A DNA stretch of 64,000 nt from Chloroflexota bacterium (lineage in GTDB: Bacteria > Chloroflexota > UBA11872 > VXOZ01), in NCBI GenBank assembly GCA_965208315.1, contig OZ242329.1, positions 704,082 through 768,081 of the forward strand, read 5' to 3'. Below the pieces are notes generated by a model. That model was not told where the DNA came from. It searched no databases and saw nothing but the letters and a program-made list of their open reading frames with translations. Positions 33,358-42,890 of the stretch are shown piece by piece. The stretch's first letter is position 1; each line of letters starts with the position of its first letter. The position numbers were made by a program, and so were the translations under genes.

Positions 33358-34617
33358 ATGTATCGTCTCATCTTCTCAATACTCATCTTTGCACTGACCG
33401 CTACGGCGATCCAAGCCACGGAATGCCAGTTCGTGTTCGGCTTCAAAGCCTACCGTGATTCCGTTGGCCATGCTGTTATCGGCGAATGTTTGGAGAATGA
33501 GTGGTTTCACACCCATGGCACGCAGCAGCGCACCACCAACGGCACGCTCTATTGGAACAGGGACACCAACACCGTTACGTTCGTTGAGGGCCAGCCAGCG
33601 CCTAGCCCTACCCCAGTGCCCAGACCTCCGGATCCACCCGTCATAGACGAGGAGTTTGAAAGCGTCTTGCAAGTTCTGCGCGGCACCGGCCCCATCGGGG
33701 AGTACTGGTACAACCAAGTGTACGCGCTAGGGGTTGACGTTAGATTCGCCCCAATAGAAATATGCGGGGAAACGGCGTGCAATGTCGGCGGCGGCGCCAT
33801 TTGGGTGGCGTGGGGATTCTACGCTAAGTATCAGGATAACCCCAGATTCCTTGCTTCCGTCATCGTGCACGAATTGGCGCACGTCGTCTGGGACAACGAG
33901 GGAAGACCAGACACGACCACTGAGGACTGCTTTGCCAATGAGGCCAACTCAGAGAAGCACCGTGCGCGCTGGCTCATCGAGTACTACGGCGACCGAGTAG
34001 ACCGAATAGGCCATTGGGGCGTGATAAAAGCCTACCGCGCGGGCACCATGCTGGAAAGGGTCAAGTCAAGTTCGGGCTGGCAGAGACATTGCGAGAAGTA
34101 TTATGAATCTGTACCAACACCGACACCCGCGCCAACGGCAGCACCGTCACCCACGCTGGCACCGGAAGCGTGTTTGCTTTCCACTGAGCACGCCTATCTA
34201 GTCGCCGTCGTGAAGTTCAGCAAAGCAATCCAGCCATATCGCGAGGCCATGTGGAAAGCGACCGACAGCGCGGAGAATACCCATACATGGGTCAAGAATC
34301 TTAGCTGGCCTACCGCACGCCAAAGGCTGCGTCTAAGGACGGCCATGAATACTGCTATCCGCAGTTTCAGTGATCTTGCAAATGCCATGGCAACAGAGTA
34401 TCTCAACGTCCCCTCACCTCCCACCGAACGTACAGTCAAGATAGACGAGTACATCAGAGAGGGTTATCGCATAGCGTTTGCGGCGGGGCTTGCTTTAGTG
34501 GACCGGTCAACCGCGTCTTTCTTCATAGAAGCGGGTAAGTACCGTGGAGACATTTCAGGAGTGCAATTTGCGCATTACCGCTACCACAATGGGATTGCGG
34601 AACTGCCATCGTGCTAG
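33358..34617 (+). CDS. secreted putative zinc metallopeptidase (HExxH), IS passenger
   Basis: N-terminal signal peptide. HELAH motif. Two Pro/Thr-rich linkers. AAGGGGG RBS. About 50% GC. Confidence 0.5.
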   Translation: MYRLIFSILIFALTATAIQATECQFVFGFKAYRDSVGHAVIGECLENEWFHTHGTQQRTTNGTLYWNRDTNTVTFVEGQPAPSPTPVPRPPDPPVIDEEFESVLQVLRGTGPIGEYWYNQVYALGVDVRFAPIEICGETACNVGGGAIWVAWGFYAKYQDNPRFLASVIVHELAHVVWDNEGRPDTTTEDCFANEANSEKHRARWLIEYYGDRVDRIGHWGVIKAYRAGTMLERVKSSSGWQRHCEKYYESVPTPTPAPTAAPSPTLAPEACLLSTEHAYLVAVVKFSKAIQPYREAMWKATDSAENTHTWVKNLSWPTARQRLRLRTAMNTAIRSFSDLANAMATEYLNVPSPPTERTVKIDEYIREGYRIAFAAGLALVDRSTASFFIEAGKYRGDISGVQFAHYRYHNGIAELPSC

Positions 34618-34728
34618 AACCGCCTCACATTACTCCCAACCTGAACGGATTCCCATGCTAGAATAAACAAGTGCTCGAAGCAGGAACTTCGAGCACTTGA
34701 AACCTCATCAAACCCCAATTGGAGGGTG

Positions 34729-34952
34729 ATATGTCTACTGTACTTTCCTCTGCTCAGTGCGTCAACAATCATGCCGATCAAAGTTTTGACGCAGCGCTCC
34801 GGGTCTACGTTCGCAACGGCGTGGACATTGCGCGCGCTCTGTTTCTTGTGGCCTACGGCGGTGTCGATGGATGCTTGGCGTGCGCTGCCGAATGGCACGT
34901 GAATCTGATACGGCTTGAAGGGCTTTATGCTGAGGCAAACCAACAAAGATAG
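34729..34952 (+). CDS. hypothetical small protein (IS passenger)
   Basis: GGAGGGTG RBS 6 nt before ATG 34729. 74 aa. Confidence 0.35.
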
Positions 34953-35983
34953 TCAATAGCTACTTATTCCCTTTGGCAGGTCCTCCTCGAGTGATTTACC
35001 AGTTCTCGCGAGCTGTTGTGTCGGCCGGGCAACGTGCACAGCGTTGGTCGATAGCGGGAGGCTCTGAAGCCGGCAGTGGAGCGTTGTCGGCACACGAGAG
35101 TGTAGTAGCCAAACCAAATAAACGCTGCCTTTGCCTGGCGCTAGAGACTCTCGACTTCCTGGGGTGCAGCCTGTTGCCTACACTATCCGGCTGCTGGTCG
35201 GTGAGATACCGGACCGGCAAAACAAGCCTCTCTGGCAAGTGCCGGCGGATTCGCGTGGCAGGCCGATGGTGGTGAGGAATCATGACTGTGGATAACCAAG
35301 ACGCACGCTGGTCGCGAGCGCGACAGGTCAAGGAGAGCACGTCCCTATTCAAGGGATACCGGCAAGCATCGGCCCGTGCTGAGCCGGGTCGCCTTGAGGC
35401 GCCGGCAGAAGTCTAGTGTTATCGAAGCTGGCGGGCGCACCCCTCACTGGACAACGTGCGATGCATAGGTACATTGTCTTCGTCAAGAGGAAGAGTACAT
35501 TGCGTCCGCTATGCGTAAATGTGGACAGTATTGGCTTTATGTCTGTCCGCCGGAGAACTCCCAGGGCTTCTTCTCCCACGGGAGCCGGACGACTGGATCT
35601 AAGAAACTTGCTATGGTCAATGCCAACAAGGAAGACTCAAATGTGGTACGTCGATGCGGCCGCCAATGCGCAAGAGACTACGTGGCGAAACCACAGCGTG
35701 ATGGGTATCAGCGCGAAGACGCAGCGCTAGAAGAAAGGAGCTGAACCGGCAAGGCGGGCACCTTATAATCAAGGAACATCTGGACGCCGTGCAACATACC
35801 GCGGAAACCGCTCTCGAGGAAGGCGGTTACCTCTGCTAAGGTTTTCCAAGCGAGCCAGGCTTTTTTCACTCGCTCGGAAGGCCTTTTGCGAGCGTAATCG
35901 CTATCCAGGTAGGCACAACATGCCAAGGGTATGCTGTTCGGCTGTAGAGACGACTAAACAGGAATCTACTTATTGGAAACACA

Positions 35984-36805
35984 ATGGCCAAGAAAACAAG
36001 CTTAGAGCTGCGACTGCACGGCAGGCACTGGCGTACGCGGACCCTTGCCACCGCCGACTGGGAAGAAGAGGAGTTTGCGCTTGATCCGGATGAGACCGGT
36101 TTCGTGGCTTTACATCTTTGGAACGTCGGTGACGTGGGCGGTCCGCCTGTCCCGGAGAATTTCTCGGTGGATATGGGCAAGCCGGAGACCCAAGCAGAGT
36201 CGGTGCGGATTGCCGAGCAGTATATCCGTCCAGCAATCCACGCGGCACGCGCTGCCGGGCTAGCGATCTTCCACGTTGAGCCGCGCAACATCGCCCTGAA
36301 ATATGACTCTGTCCATCACATGCTGGCGGAGGACGAGCTCAATCCGCCGCGGCGGGAGCCGGGACCGCCGGCGGTCAATCCCGGTTGGCTCAAAGAGCGG
36401 GCGGAGCGGACGCACGGCAAAGGGTATATGGAGTGGGAAGGCTGGCAACAAATGCGCATCCTTTCCTCATGTGAAGCTGAGCCGGGCGACCAGGTGATCC
36501 TTACCAGCGCTCAGTTCGACCGCATTTGCCGCAGCCGGGGCATCAAGAACCTTATCTACACCGGCTTTGCTACCAACATGTGTATTCTTGGCGCAGAAGG
36601 GGCAACCAGGCCCATGCTATCGTACGGATATAGGATTTTCCTCATCCGCGAAGCGACGCTGGGTTCTGAGATCCCAGAGACTTTCCATGACCGCCTGATT
36701 ACCAAAGTAGCGCTCATTGAATTTCAAAAGCACGTAGGCGACACCATCGGCTGCGACCAGTTCATGGCAGCATGCCGCACCGTCGCCGCGGCAAGAATGA
36801 GATAG
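35984..36805 (+). CDS. isochorismatase-family cysteine hydrolase
   Basis: LIYTGFATNMCI catalytic Cys block. Confidence 0.55.
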   Translation: MAKKTSLELRLHGRHWRTRTLATADWEEEEFALDPDETGFVALHLWNVGDVGGPPVPENFSVDMGKPETQAESVRIAEQYIRPAIHAARAAGLAIFHVEPRNIALKYDSVHHMLAEDELNPPRREPGPPAVNPGWLKERAERTHGKGYMEWEGWQQMRILSSCEAEPGDQVILTSAQFDRICRSRGIKNLIYTGFATNMCILGAEGATRPMLSYGYRIFLIREATLGSEIPETFHDRLITKVALIEFQKHVGDTIGCDQFMAACRTVAAARMR

Positions 36806-36811
36806 GGCGCA

Positions 36812-37735
36812 ATGTTTCCGAACGGCGCGGAGTTCTGTCTCAGTCTGCGTCCCGCGGTTGAGATGTGCACGAATTTTCCCTACTGGACTTCCCAGTGGAA
36901 CCACCTGAAGGGCGCATTGGATGACGACAGCAAACACTACGTACTGAAGATGCATGAGGTAGCGCGCTCATACGGGGTGCCTCTCTACTTCCTCTTGGTG
37001 GGAAGCTCCCTCGAGGATCCAGACATTGACTACCTCAAGCAACTGGTAGCCGCCGGTCACGAGGTGGGTAACCACACGTACACACACCTCAACGTCAAGG
37101 CAAAGACGATCGAGAGCTTGCAAGCGGTGTACGCTAACGCGCCGTGGCGGGCACATGGCCGCACGCCGTTGCAGGTAATCCACGACGAGGTGCGCGCGAC
37201 GAACGCCGCTATCCGCGAACGGCTAGGTGTCCCTGTAACTGGATTCGGCACGCCGGGCGCGTTCAGCACCGGACTGCATGACGTAACCGAGGTCCAAGCG
37301 CTGCTCAAAGAAGAAGGCTTCACCCACGTCACCTCGCATTATCTTCATCCGGTGCCGCGGGGAGCCAAGCGCCCGCCGCTCGCTCAAATCGAAGCCGCCT
37401 TGCGCAAGAACATAGACAAGCTCCAACCATATCGCTATCCGAACGGCCTGCTGGAAGTCGCGCCCATGGCTCTTACCGACATCGCGGCCTTTAGGGTTCT
37501 CGATCTGGATCGTTGGGAATACGTTAGACTTCTCAAGACGGCGATCGATCACGCCCACGCGAACCGCTATATCCTGAGTCTTGCCTTCCATCCGCCCGCG
37601 ATGGCCGCGCGCGATCCCCACTGCGACGTGCTCGACACCGTAATCCGCTATGCGCTCGAGAAGCCTGGCGGCTGTTGGATTGCGACCAACAGCGCGATTA
37701 CGTCCTATTTGGAGTCGAGGGAGACAGAAGGCTAG
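36812..37735 (+). CDS. polysaccharide deacetylase (NodB-homology) family protein
   Basis: GHEVGNHTYTH motif. Confidence 0.55.
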   Translation: MFPNGAEFCLSLRPAVEMCTNFPYWTSQWNHLKGALDDDSKHYVLKMHEVARSYGVPLYFLLVGSSLEDPDIDYLKQLVAAGHEVGNHTYTHLNVKAKTIESLQAVYANAPWRAHGRTPLQVIHDEVRATNAAIRERLGVPVTGFGTPGAFSTGLHDVTEVQALLKEEGFTHVTSHYLHPVPRGAKRPPLAQIEAALRKNIDKLQPYRYPNGLLEVAPMALTDIAAFRVLDLDRWEYVRLLKTAIDHAHANRYILSLAFHPPAMAARDPHCDVLDTVIRYALEKPGGCWIATNSAITSYLESRETEG

Positions 37736-37883
37736 TTTAAAGCCCTTGGGGGTTCACCTTGGGAAGTGGGAGTCCGCTTGCCCCGCAGCTTACGGCCGGC
37801 GACCATCGCTCTAGGCAAGTGGCGGCGTCTCGTTCGCAATCCAATAGTCTCTTTGTCCCACCGCCACGCCTGCACTCCTTCAA

Positions 37884-37913
37884 TTGACGAGAGAGTGATT
37901 TGCTTGCTAGACT
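37884..37913 (+). promoter_or_regulatory. promoter of tRNA-His
   Basis: TTGACG-18-TAGACT ending about 22 nt upstream of the tRNA. Confidence 0.5.
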
Positions 37914-37935
37914 GAGCTAGGAATGCTCCCCGCAC

Positions 37936-38010
37936 GGTGGCTGTAGCTCAACAGGTTAGAGCTCTGGACTGTGGCTCCAGCGGTTGGGGGTTCGAGTCCC
38001 CTCAGCCACC
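37936..38010 (+). tRNA. tRNA-His (GTG)
   Basis: Manual fold: G-1 opposite C73, U8 A9, D-arm GCTC/GAGC, anticodon loop CUGUGGC, T-loop TTCGAGT. No encoded CCA. Followed by a hairpin and T6. Confidence 0.85.
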
Positions 38011-38142
38011 CCCTTACTCTCACTTCACCAAATCTTCTTGCCGAAGGTTACCCTATGCGGTCAGCGAATGCAGGCTGCCCGCATGGGTTTTTTCTTACGT
38101 ACCCGTCTCAAGCGGGACTGTCCAAAACACAAGTTTGAGTGG

Positions 38143-38826
38143 ATGATCCTGCTACTGGGAAAGAAGGGCACGAAATTCGTGATTCCTGCGATTGATCCGA
38201 ACGTCGACTACAAGGTATTGGTAAGGCAAGCATATGACGCTTGCGCGGCAGCATACGACGCATCGCGCCGGTCGGAGCCGGGGATAGAGATGCGGGCACT
38301 GCTCGATCGACTGAACGACGGCGACGCGGTGCTCGACGTTGGCTGCGGGGCGGGGGTCCCAATTGCCAAGTCTCTGGCTGCGCGCTACCGCGTCACGGGC
38401 GTGGACATCTCACCTGAAATGATCCAACGGGCACAGCAGAATGTGCCGACCGGCGACTTCATGTGCGGAGACATCATGTCGGCCACATTCCCTCCTTCCA
38501 GCTTTGACGCAGTGATGGCATTCTACTCGATATTCCACCTGCCCAGAGAGGAGCACCCGGACCTGTTTCGGAGAGTGCAGCGGTGGCTCAAACCAGGTGG
38601 ATACCTGCTCTGCACCTTGAGTCACTATAGCGAGGAGGGCTACACGGAGGATGATTTCTTTGGAGAGACGATGTATTGGAGCAACTACAGCCTCCGCGAA
38701 TACGCAGAGATACTGAACACAGCGGGATTCACGCTGCTTGAGACGGATTTAACGGGTTCCGGCTATGAAGAGACAAGCGAGGAAGTCAGCGAGAATCACC
38801 CGCTGGTGCTTGCGCAAAAGCATTGA
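38143..38826 (+). CDS. class I SAM-dependent methyltransferase
   Basis: LDVGCGAGV motif I. ORF track starts at 37984 overlapping the tRNA, so ATG 38143 is preferred. Confidence 0.55.
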   Translation: MILLLGKKGTKFVIPAIDPNVDYKVLVRQAYDACAAAYDASRRSEPGIEMRALLDRLNDGDAVLDVGCGAGVPIAKSLAARYRVTGVDISPEMIQRAQQNVPTGDFMCGDIMSATFPPSSFDAVMAFYSIFHLPREEHPDLFRRVQRWLKPGGYLLCTLSHYSEEGYTEDDFFGETMYWSNYSLREYAEILNTAGFTLLETDLTGSGYEETSEEVSENHPLVLAQKH

Positions 38827-38903
38827 CAGGCAAGGCTAGGAATACCCTCTCAGCCATCAGAAATTTAATTCAAATTTTGTTGGATTTTTGGGGGATTGAC
38901 TGG

Positions 38904-38932
38904 TTGACGGCGGGCCTGTGGAAGATTAGAAT
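38904..38932 (+). promoter_or_regulatory. sigma70-like promoter upstream of the homocysteine-methyltransferase/oxidase genes
   Basis: TTGACG-17-TAGAAT within an AT-rich intergenic stretch. Confidence 0.45.
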
Positions 38933-39027
38933 CTCGCTATCTGCTCGCAGACTTCCATTGTTGGTAGAAGGCGGCAAGATACAGGTAGTTTCAGACAGAG
39001 TGTTGAGCGATAGCGAGGTAGCCGGTC

Positions 39028-40089
39028 ATGGCCAATTATGAGCATCTCAAGAGCCGCTTGGACAACGGTGGTGTGGTCGTCTTAGATGGCGCCATAGGGA
39101 CTGAGCTCCAAGTGATGGGCGCGCCCATGGACCCGGCCTCATGGTGCGGCCCTGCCAATTACACCCACCCGGCAACGGTGCGCCAAATGCACGAGCGCTA
39201 CATTCGCGCGGGGGCCGACATCATTACCACCAATACGTTCAACACGCTCCGACCCGCGCTGGAAGCTTCCGGTTACGGTGCATTGGTGCGAGAGGTGAAC
39301 GTACGCGCCGTCGACGCCGCTATCGAGGCCAGAGACCGGGCCGCTGACGACCGGTCCGTTTACATCGCCGGTTCTATCTCATGCCGCATACCCATTCGCG
39401 ATCGCAAAACCGGGACACTCCTCGGTGGCACCGGCTACGGCTACGGCGCCAGTATTTCGGCGAAAGAGTTGCGTTTTCACGCCAGGGAGCAGGCGGATAT
39501 CCTCGCCGAATCTGGAGTTGACTTTTTCCTAATTGAGAATCTATGGGCCGATAACGAATCCCGGGCAATCGCTGCCGAAGCGGCAAAGAGCACCGGGCTA
39601 CCGGTGTGGGTAGCATTTACCGCCTCACTTGGCCCGGACGGACAGACTGTCAGGATGGATTTCGCAGACGACCGGAACTACAGTGTCGGCTTGGGAATGC
39701 CGATGTGGACCGAAACGTGGCGTACAGTAGATAACGAAAAGACCCTAGGTGAGGCGGTAAGGGAGATTGCCTCTATCGGTCCGGATGTGCTTGGTGTGTT
39801 CCATAGTAGAATTGGGGACACTACCAAGGCTCTTCAGGTCGTCTTGGATGCGTGGAACGGCCCCGTTCTCGCGTACCCGGATGCGGGCAGGGAAGACTAC
39901 CTCGACACCTGGCAAGATAGTAGTGTGATCAATGAAGAGTCTGCAACGGAACTGAAACAGGAAGCCGCGGAGTGGGTCGGTATGGGGGTTCAAGTCATTG
40001 GCACGTGCTGCGGATTTGGCCCCAATTACGTTGGCGCTTTGGCAGACGCGTTGGCGGACGAGGTGACTACGCCGCGGGTAGGCGTATAG
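39028..40089 (+). CDS. homocysteine S-methyltransferase family protein (BHMT/MmuM-like)
   Basis: LDGAIGTEL motif. C-terminal GTCCGFGP zinc-site context. Confidence 0.65.
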   Translation: MANYEHLKSRLDNGGVVVLDGAIGTELQVMGAPMDPASWCGPANYTHPATVRQMHERYIRAGADIITTNTFNTLRPALEASGYGALVREVNVRAVDAAIEARDRAADDRSVYIAGSISCRIPIRDRKTGTLLGGTGYGYGASISAKELRFHAREQADILAESGVDFFLIENLWADNESRAIAAEAAKSTGLPVWVAFTASLGPDGQTVRMDFADDRNYSVGLGMPMWTETWRTVDNEKTLGEAVREIASIGPDVLGVFHSRIGDTTKALQVVLDAWNGPVLAYPDAGREDYLDTWQDSSVINEESATELKQEAAEWVGMGVQVIGTCCGFGPNYVGALADALADEVTTPRVGV

Positions 40090-40168
40090 TTCAGGCTGCT
40101 GAGCTGATGCGCTCGAGTAAGGGCGCATTCGTAAGCAGGGGCTTCGGCATTTTCAGGAGAGAGACCAC

Positions 40169-41698
40169 ATGGAGACCAAGTCGCTAGTTGTCGTAGGGGC
40201 CGGCGTGGCCGGTACTGCCGCTGCCATCGAAGCGGCCCAATCCGGCGTGCAGGTCACGCTGATCGATGAGAACCCCATCAGCGCGTCCATGATGGGACTT
40301 GATGTGCCTCAGTTCTTTGGCAAGAGAGTTGCGGACACGCTCAGCGATAAGGAATCGATGCTCCAGAGGATGACTGCGGCTAACCCTGCACTCGATGAGG
40401 CAGCGGCAGCCGGTGTGGACGTTCAGCTTGGCACGTGCGTCTGGGGCGCTTTTCGCAATACGGAAACCAGCCGGAAACTCGACGGCCCGCAGCTTGGCCT
40501 GGCCGACGACAAGCAGTCGTGGGTAATAAAGTACGACCGGCTCATCGTGGCGGCCGGCTCCCGCGACTTGGTCATTTCCTTTGCCGGGTCGAACTTGGCG
40601 GGAGCAATGGGAGCTAACGGTGCTCACGCGCTGCTGAGTCGCTACCAGGCATCAACTTCGCGGCGCATGGTGATTTTGGGCTCCGGCAACGTGGGACTCC
40701 ACACTGCCAGGATGGCACGCGCAAACGGTATTGAGGTGGTCGCCATTGTGGACGTGTTTCCTTCCGTGCGGGGCGACGGGTCCCTCATGAAGGAACTTCA
40801 GCAAGAAGGCGTTGACTTTTACACATCCCATACCTTAAAGGAAGCCGTGGGCAGTGAAGACGGTATCGAATCCGTCGTGCTCGTCGCAGTAAACGAAGAC
40901 AACGAGCCGGTCAGCGGCTCCGAAAAGACGATCGCTGCCGACACGGTGTGCCTTGCAATCGGCCTCGTGCCCAATATCGAGCTCCTCAGTCTTTTGGACT
41001 GCGACATTTCTTTCAAGTCTGAGCTTGGTGGCTACGTGCCGGACCATGACGACTGCATGCGCACCAGCCTCGAGGGCGTGTATGTCGCGGGTGATGTCGC
41101 CGGTCTTCACGACGGAATGGTCCTGAACCCCGAAATTGCGCGCAATCAAGGCCGACTTGCCGGCATTGGCGCTGCCGAGTCACTGGGTGCCATCGACAGT
41201 GGGGAGGCTCGTGCCCGGCGCGCCGAGATACGGGCCGAGGCTGCCGCAAGACCGGCCGCAGTGCATTTGGTTTGGAATCAATGGCTTCAGTCCCTCGTCA
41301 ATGTCGGCGGCATGGATGTGCTTGCCTGCGAATGCGAGGAGGTTTCCCGCGCGGAGCTTATAGACTTGCAGCCGCCGCGCTACTTGAACTGGCGCTCGGA
41401 GCAGATGAGTAGTCGGAACGTGCGGACTCAAGTAAAGGACGGTCCAGTCGATCCAGACCAAGTCAGGCGCCTGACGCGGGTCGGCATGGGCCAATGTCAG
41501 GGCCGGCGCTGCCGCGAGCAGGTTTCGCTACTGCTGGCTGCAGAGTCCGGTACCGATCTAGCCAAAGTACCGTTCATGTCGTACCGGCCCCCCGTGCGGC
41601 CTCTGCCGCTGAGTGTCATGTGGCCGCACGATGAAACGGATGAGATGCGCGAAAATTGGGTCAAGTGGTTTATTCCCGTGAGTAGAGTGTTGGGGTAG
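40169..41698 (+). CDS. FAD/NAD(P)-binding oxidoreductase with BFD-like [2Fe-2S] domain (HcnB/OoxA-like)
   Basis: GAGVAGTAAA dinucleotide motif, a second GSGNVG motif, and CECEEV...CQGRRC cysteine cluster. Confidence 0.6.
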   Translation: METKSLVVVGAGVAGTAAAIEAAQSGVQVTLIDENPISASMMGLDVPQFFGKRVADTLSDKESMLQRMTAANPALDEAAAAGVDVQLGTCVWGAFRNTETSRKLDGPQLGLADDKQSWVIKYDRLIVAAGSRDLVISFAGSNLAGAMGANGAHALLSRYQASTSRRMVILGSGNVGLHTARMARANGIEVVAIVDVFPSVRGDGSLMKELQQEGVDFYTSHTLKEAVGSEDGIESVVLVAVNEDNEPVSGSEKTIAADTVCLAIGLVPNIELLSLLDCDISFKSELGGYVPDHDDCMRTSLEGVYVAGDVAGLHDGMVLNPEIARNQGRLAGIGAAESLGAIDSGEARARRAEIRAEAAARPAAVHLVWNQWLQSLVNVGGMDVLACECEEVSRAELIDLQPPRYLNWRSEQMSSRNVRTQVKDGPVDPDQVRRLTRVGMGQCQGRRCREQVSLLLAAESGTDLAKVPFMSYRPPVRPLPLSVMWPHDETDEMRENWVKWFIPVSRVLG

Positions 41699-41708
41699 GC
41701 AACGATCA

Positions 41709-42890
41709 GTGGTTCAGCGGAGTGGCAGTATGCCTAGTAACAGAGCAGACGTAGTCGTCATTGGCGGTGGCATTTCGGGCCTCAGCACCGCCTATCATCT
41801 GGCCAGGGTGGGCAAAGACGTCGTCGTCGTCGAGAAAGGGATCGTCGGGGCCGAGGCGTCCGGTCGCAACGGTGGGATGATCAGCGAACGCACTGACGAG
41901 CCGGACTTGGTGCCGTTGGCGGTGGAATCTGTGCGATTGTGGCCGACGCTGGACGATGAATTGGGCTATCCCACCGAGTTCGTGCAGAAGGGTAGGCTCC
42001 AAGTTGCCGTATCCGAAGCGGAAATGGGCCGCTATCTCACCGAGTGTGAGGTTGGGGAGCGTTTCGGCGTGCATGTGGATGTGCTGGATCCAGGAGAAAT
42101 ACGGGACTTGGTGCCTTGCGTCACCGATAGAAACCTCGGCGGGATCTTTTTCCCCAAGGGCGCTCACGCCAACCCGCAGCGGTCGGTTCAGGCATTCGCC
42201 TGGGCGTTTCAAGACAAAGGCGGAAAACTCTACCAACACACCGCCGTCAAGGGTTTCAAGCAAGCAGGTGGAAGGGTCACGGCGGTTGAGACGACCACCG
42301 GCGACATCGAGGCCGACACGGTGGTGTGCGCTGCCGGGCCTCAAACGGCGCTAATGCTCGAGCTGGTGGGTGTGCGCGTGCCCCTAGCGACGGCGAGGGC
42401 AGAGATTATTGCCACTGCGCCCTTGGAGCCACTCTTTGAGATGGCCCTCGTGGGCAACGGTCTCTACGGGCGCCAAGCCAAGAAGGGCAACCTGCTCTAC
42501 GGCGGAGGACCCCACGAATGGATCGATGTGGACTTGACCGGAGATCCCGGCAAACCCAACACGCCCCTCATACGGAATATCGCCAGGCGGCTGGCAGACC
42601 TGTTTCCCGGGGTGGCGGACGTGCCGGCAATCCGGAGTTGGGCCGGGGTGATCGAACAAGCGCCGGATTCCCTGCCTATCATCGACATCCTGGACCGGCC
42701 GAGCAACTTTGTATTTGTCTCCGCATCGGCCCATGGCTTCGCAATCGCCGCCGCCACGGGCAAGGTCGTGAGCGAACTGGTCTTACACGGCGAGTCCAGC
42801 GTTGAGATAAGTGGACTGCGAATGGACAGGTTTAGCGACGTTGCGCCGAACTGGCGTGAAGAGCTTGGTTGGGTTCCGATTCCGAGATGA
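41709..42890 (+). CDS. FAD-dependent oxidoreductase (HcnC/OoxB/DAO-like)
   Basis: VVVIGGGISGLSTAY Rossmann motif. DAO-family length. Confidence 0.65.
   Translation: MVQRSGSMPSNRADVVVIGGGISGLSTAYHLARVGKDVVVVEKGIVGAEASGRNGGMISERTDEPDLVPLAVESVRLWPTLDDELGYPTEFVQKGRLQVAVSEAEMGRYLTECEVGERFGVHVDVLDPGEIRDLVPCVTDRNLGGIFFPKGAHANPQRSVQAFAWAFQDKGGKLYQHTAVKGFKQAGGRVTAVETTTGDIEADTVVCAAGPQTALMLELVGVRVPLATARAEIIATAPLEPLFEMALVGNGLYGRQAKKGNLLYGGGPHEWIDVDLTGDPGKPNTPLIRNIARRLADLFPGVADVPAIRSWAGVIEQAPDSLPIIDILDRPSNFVFVSASAHGFAIAAATGKVVSELVLHGESSVEISGLRMDRFSDVAPNWREELGWVPIPR

Larger units (their letters stand above)
31807..34971 (+). mobile_element. IS1595-family transporter IS (transposase plus passenger genes)
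   Basis: Perfect 20-bp terminal inverted repeats GGGAATAAGTAGCTATTGAC (31807-31826, 34952-34971). Flanked by 8-bp direct repeat TTTGGCAG (31799-31806, 34972-34979). Interior has lower GC. Confidence 0.85.

Noticed and set aside
37984-38142. N-terminal extension of the methyltransferase ORF as given in the track
   Set aside because: It overlaps tRNA-His and the terminator hairpin plus T-tract that follow it. An internal ATG is preferred.
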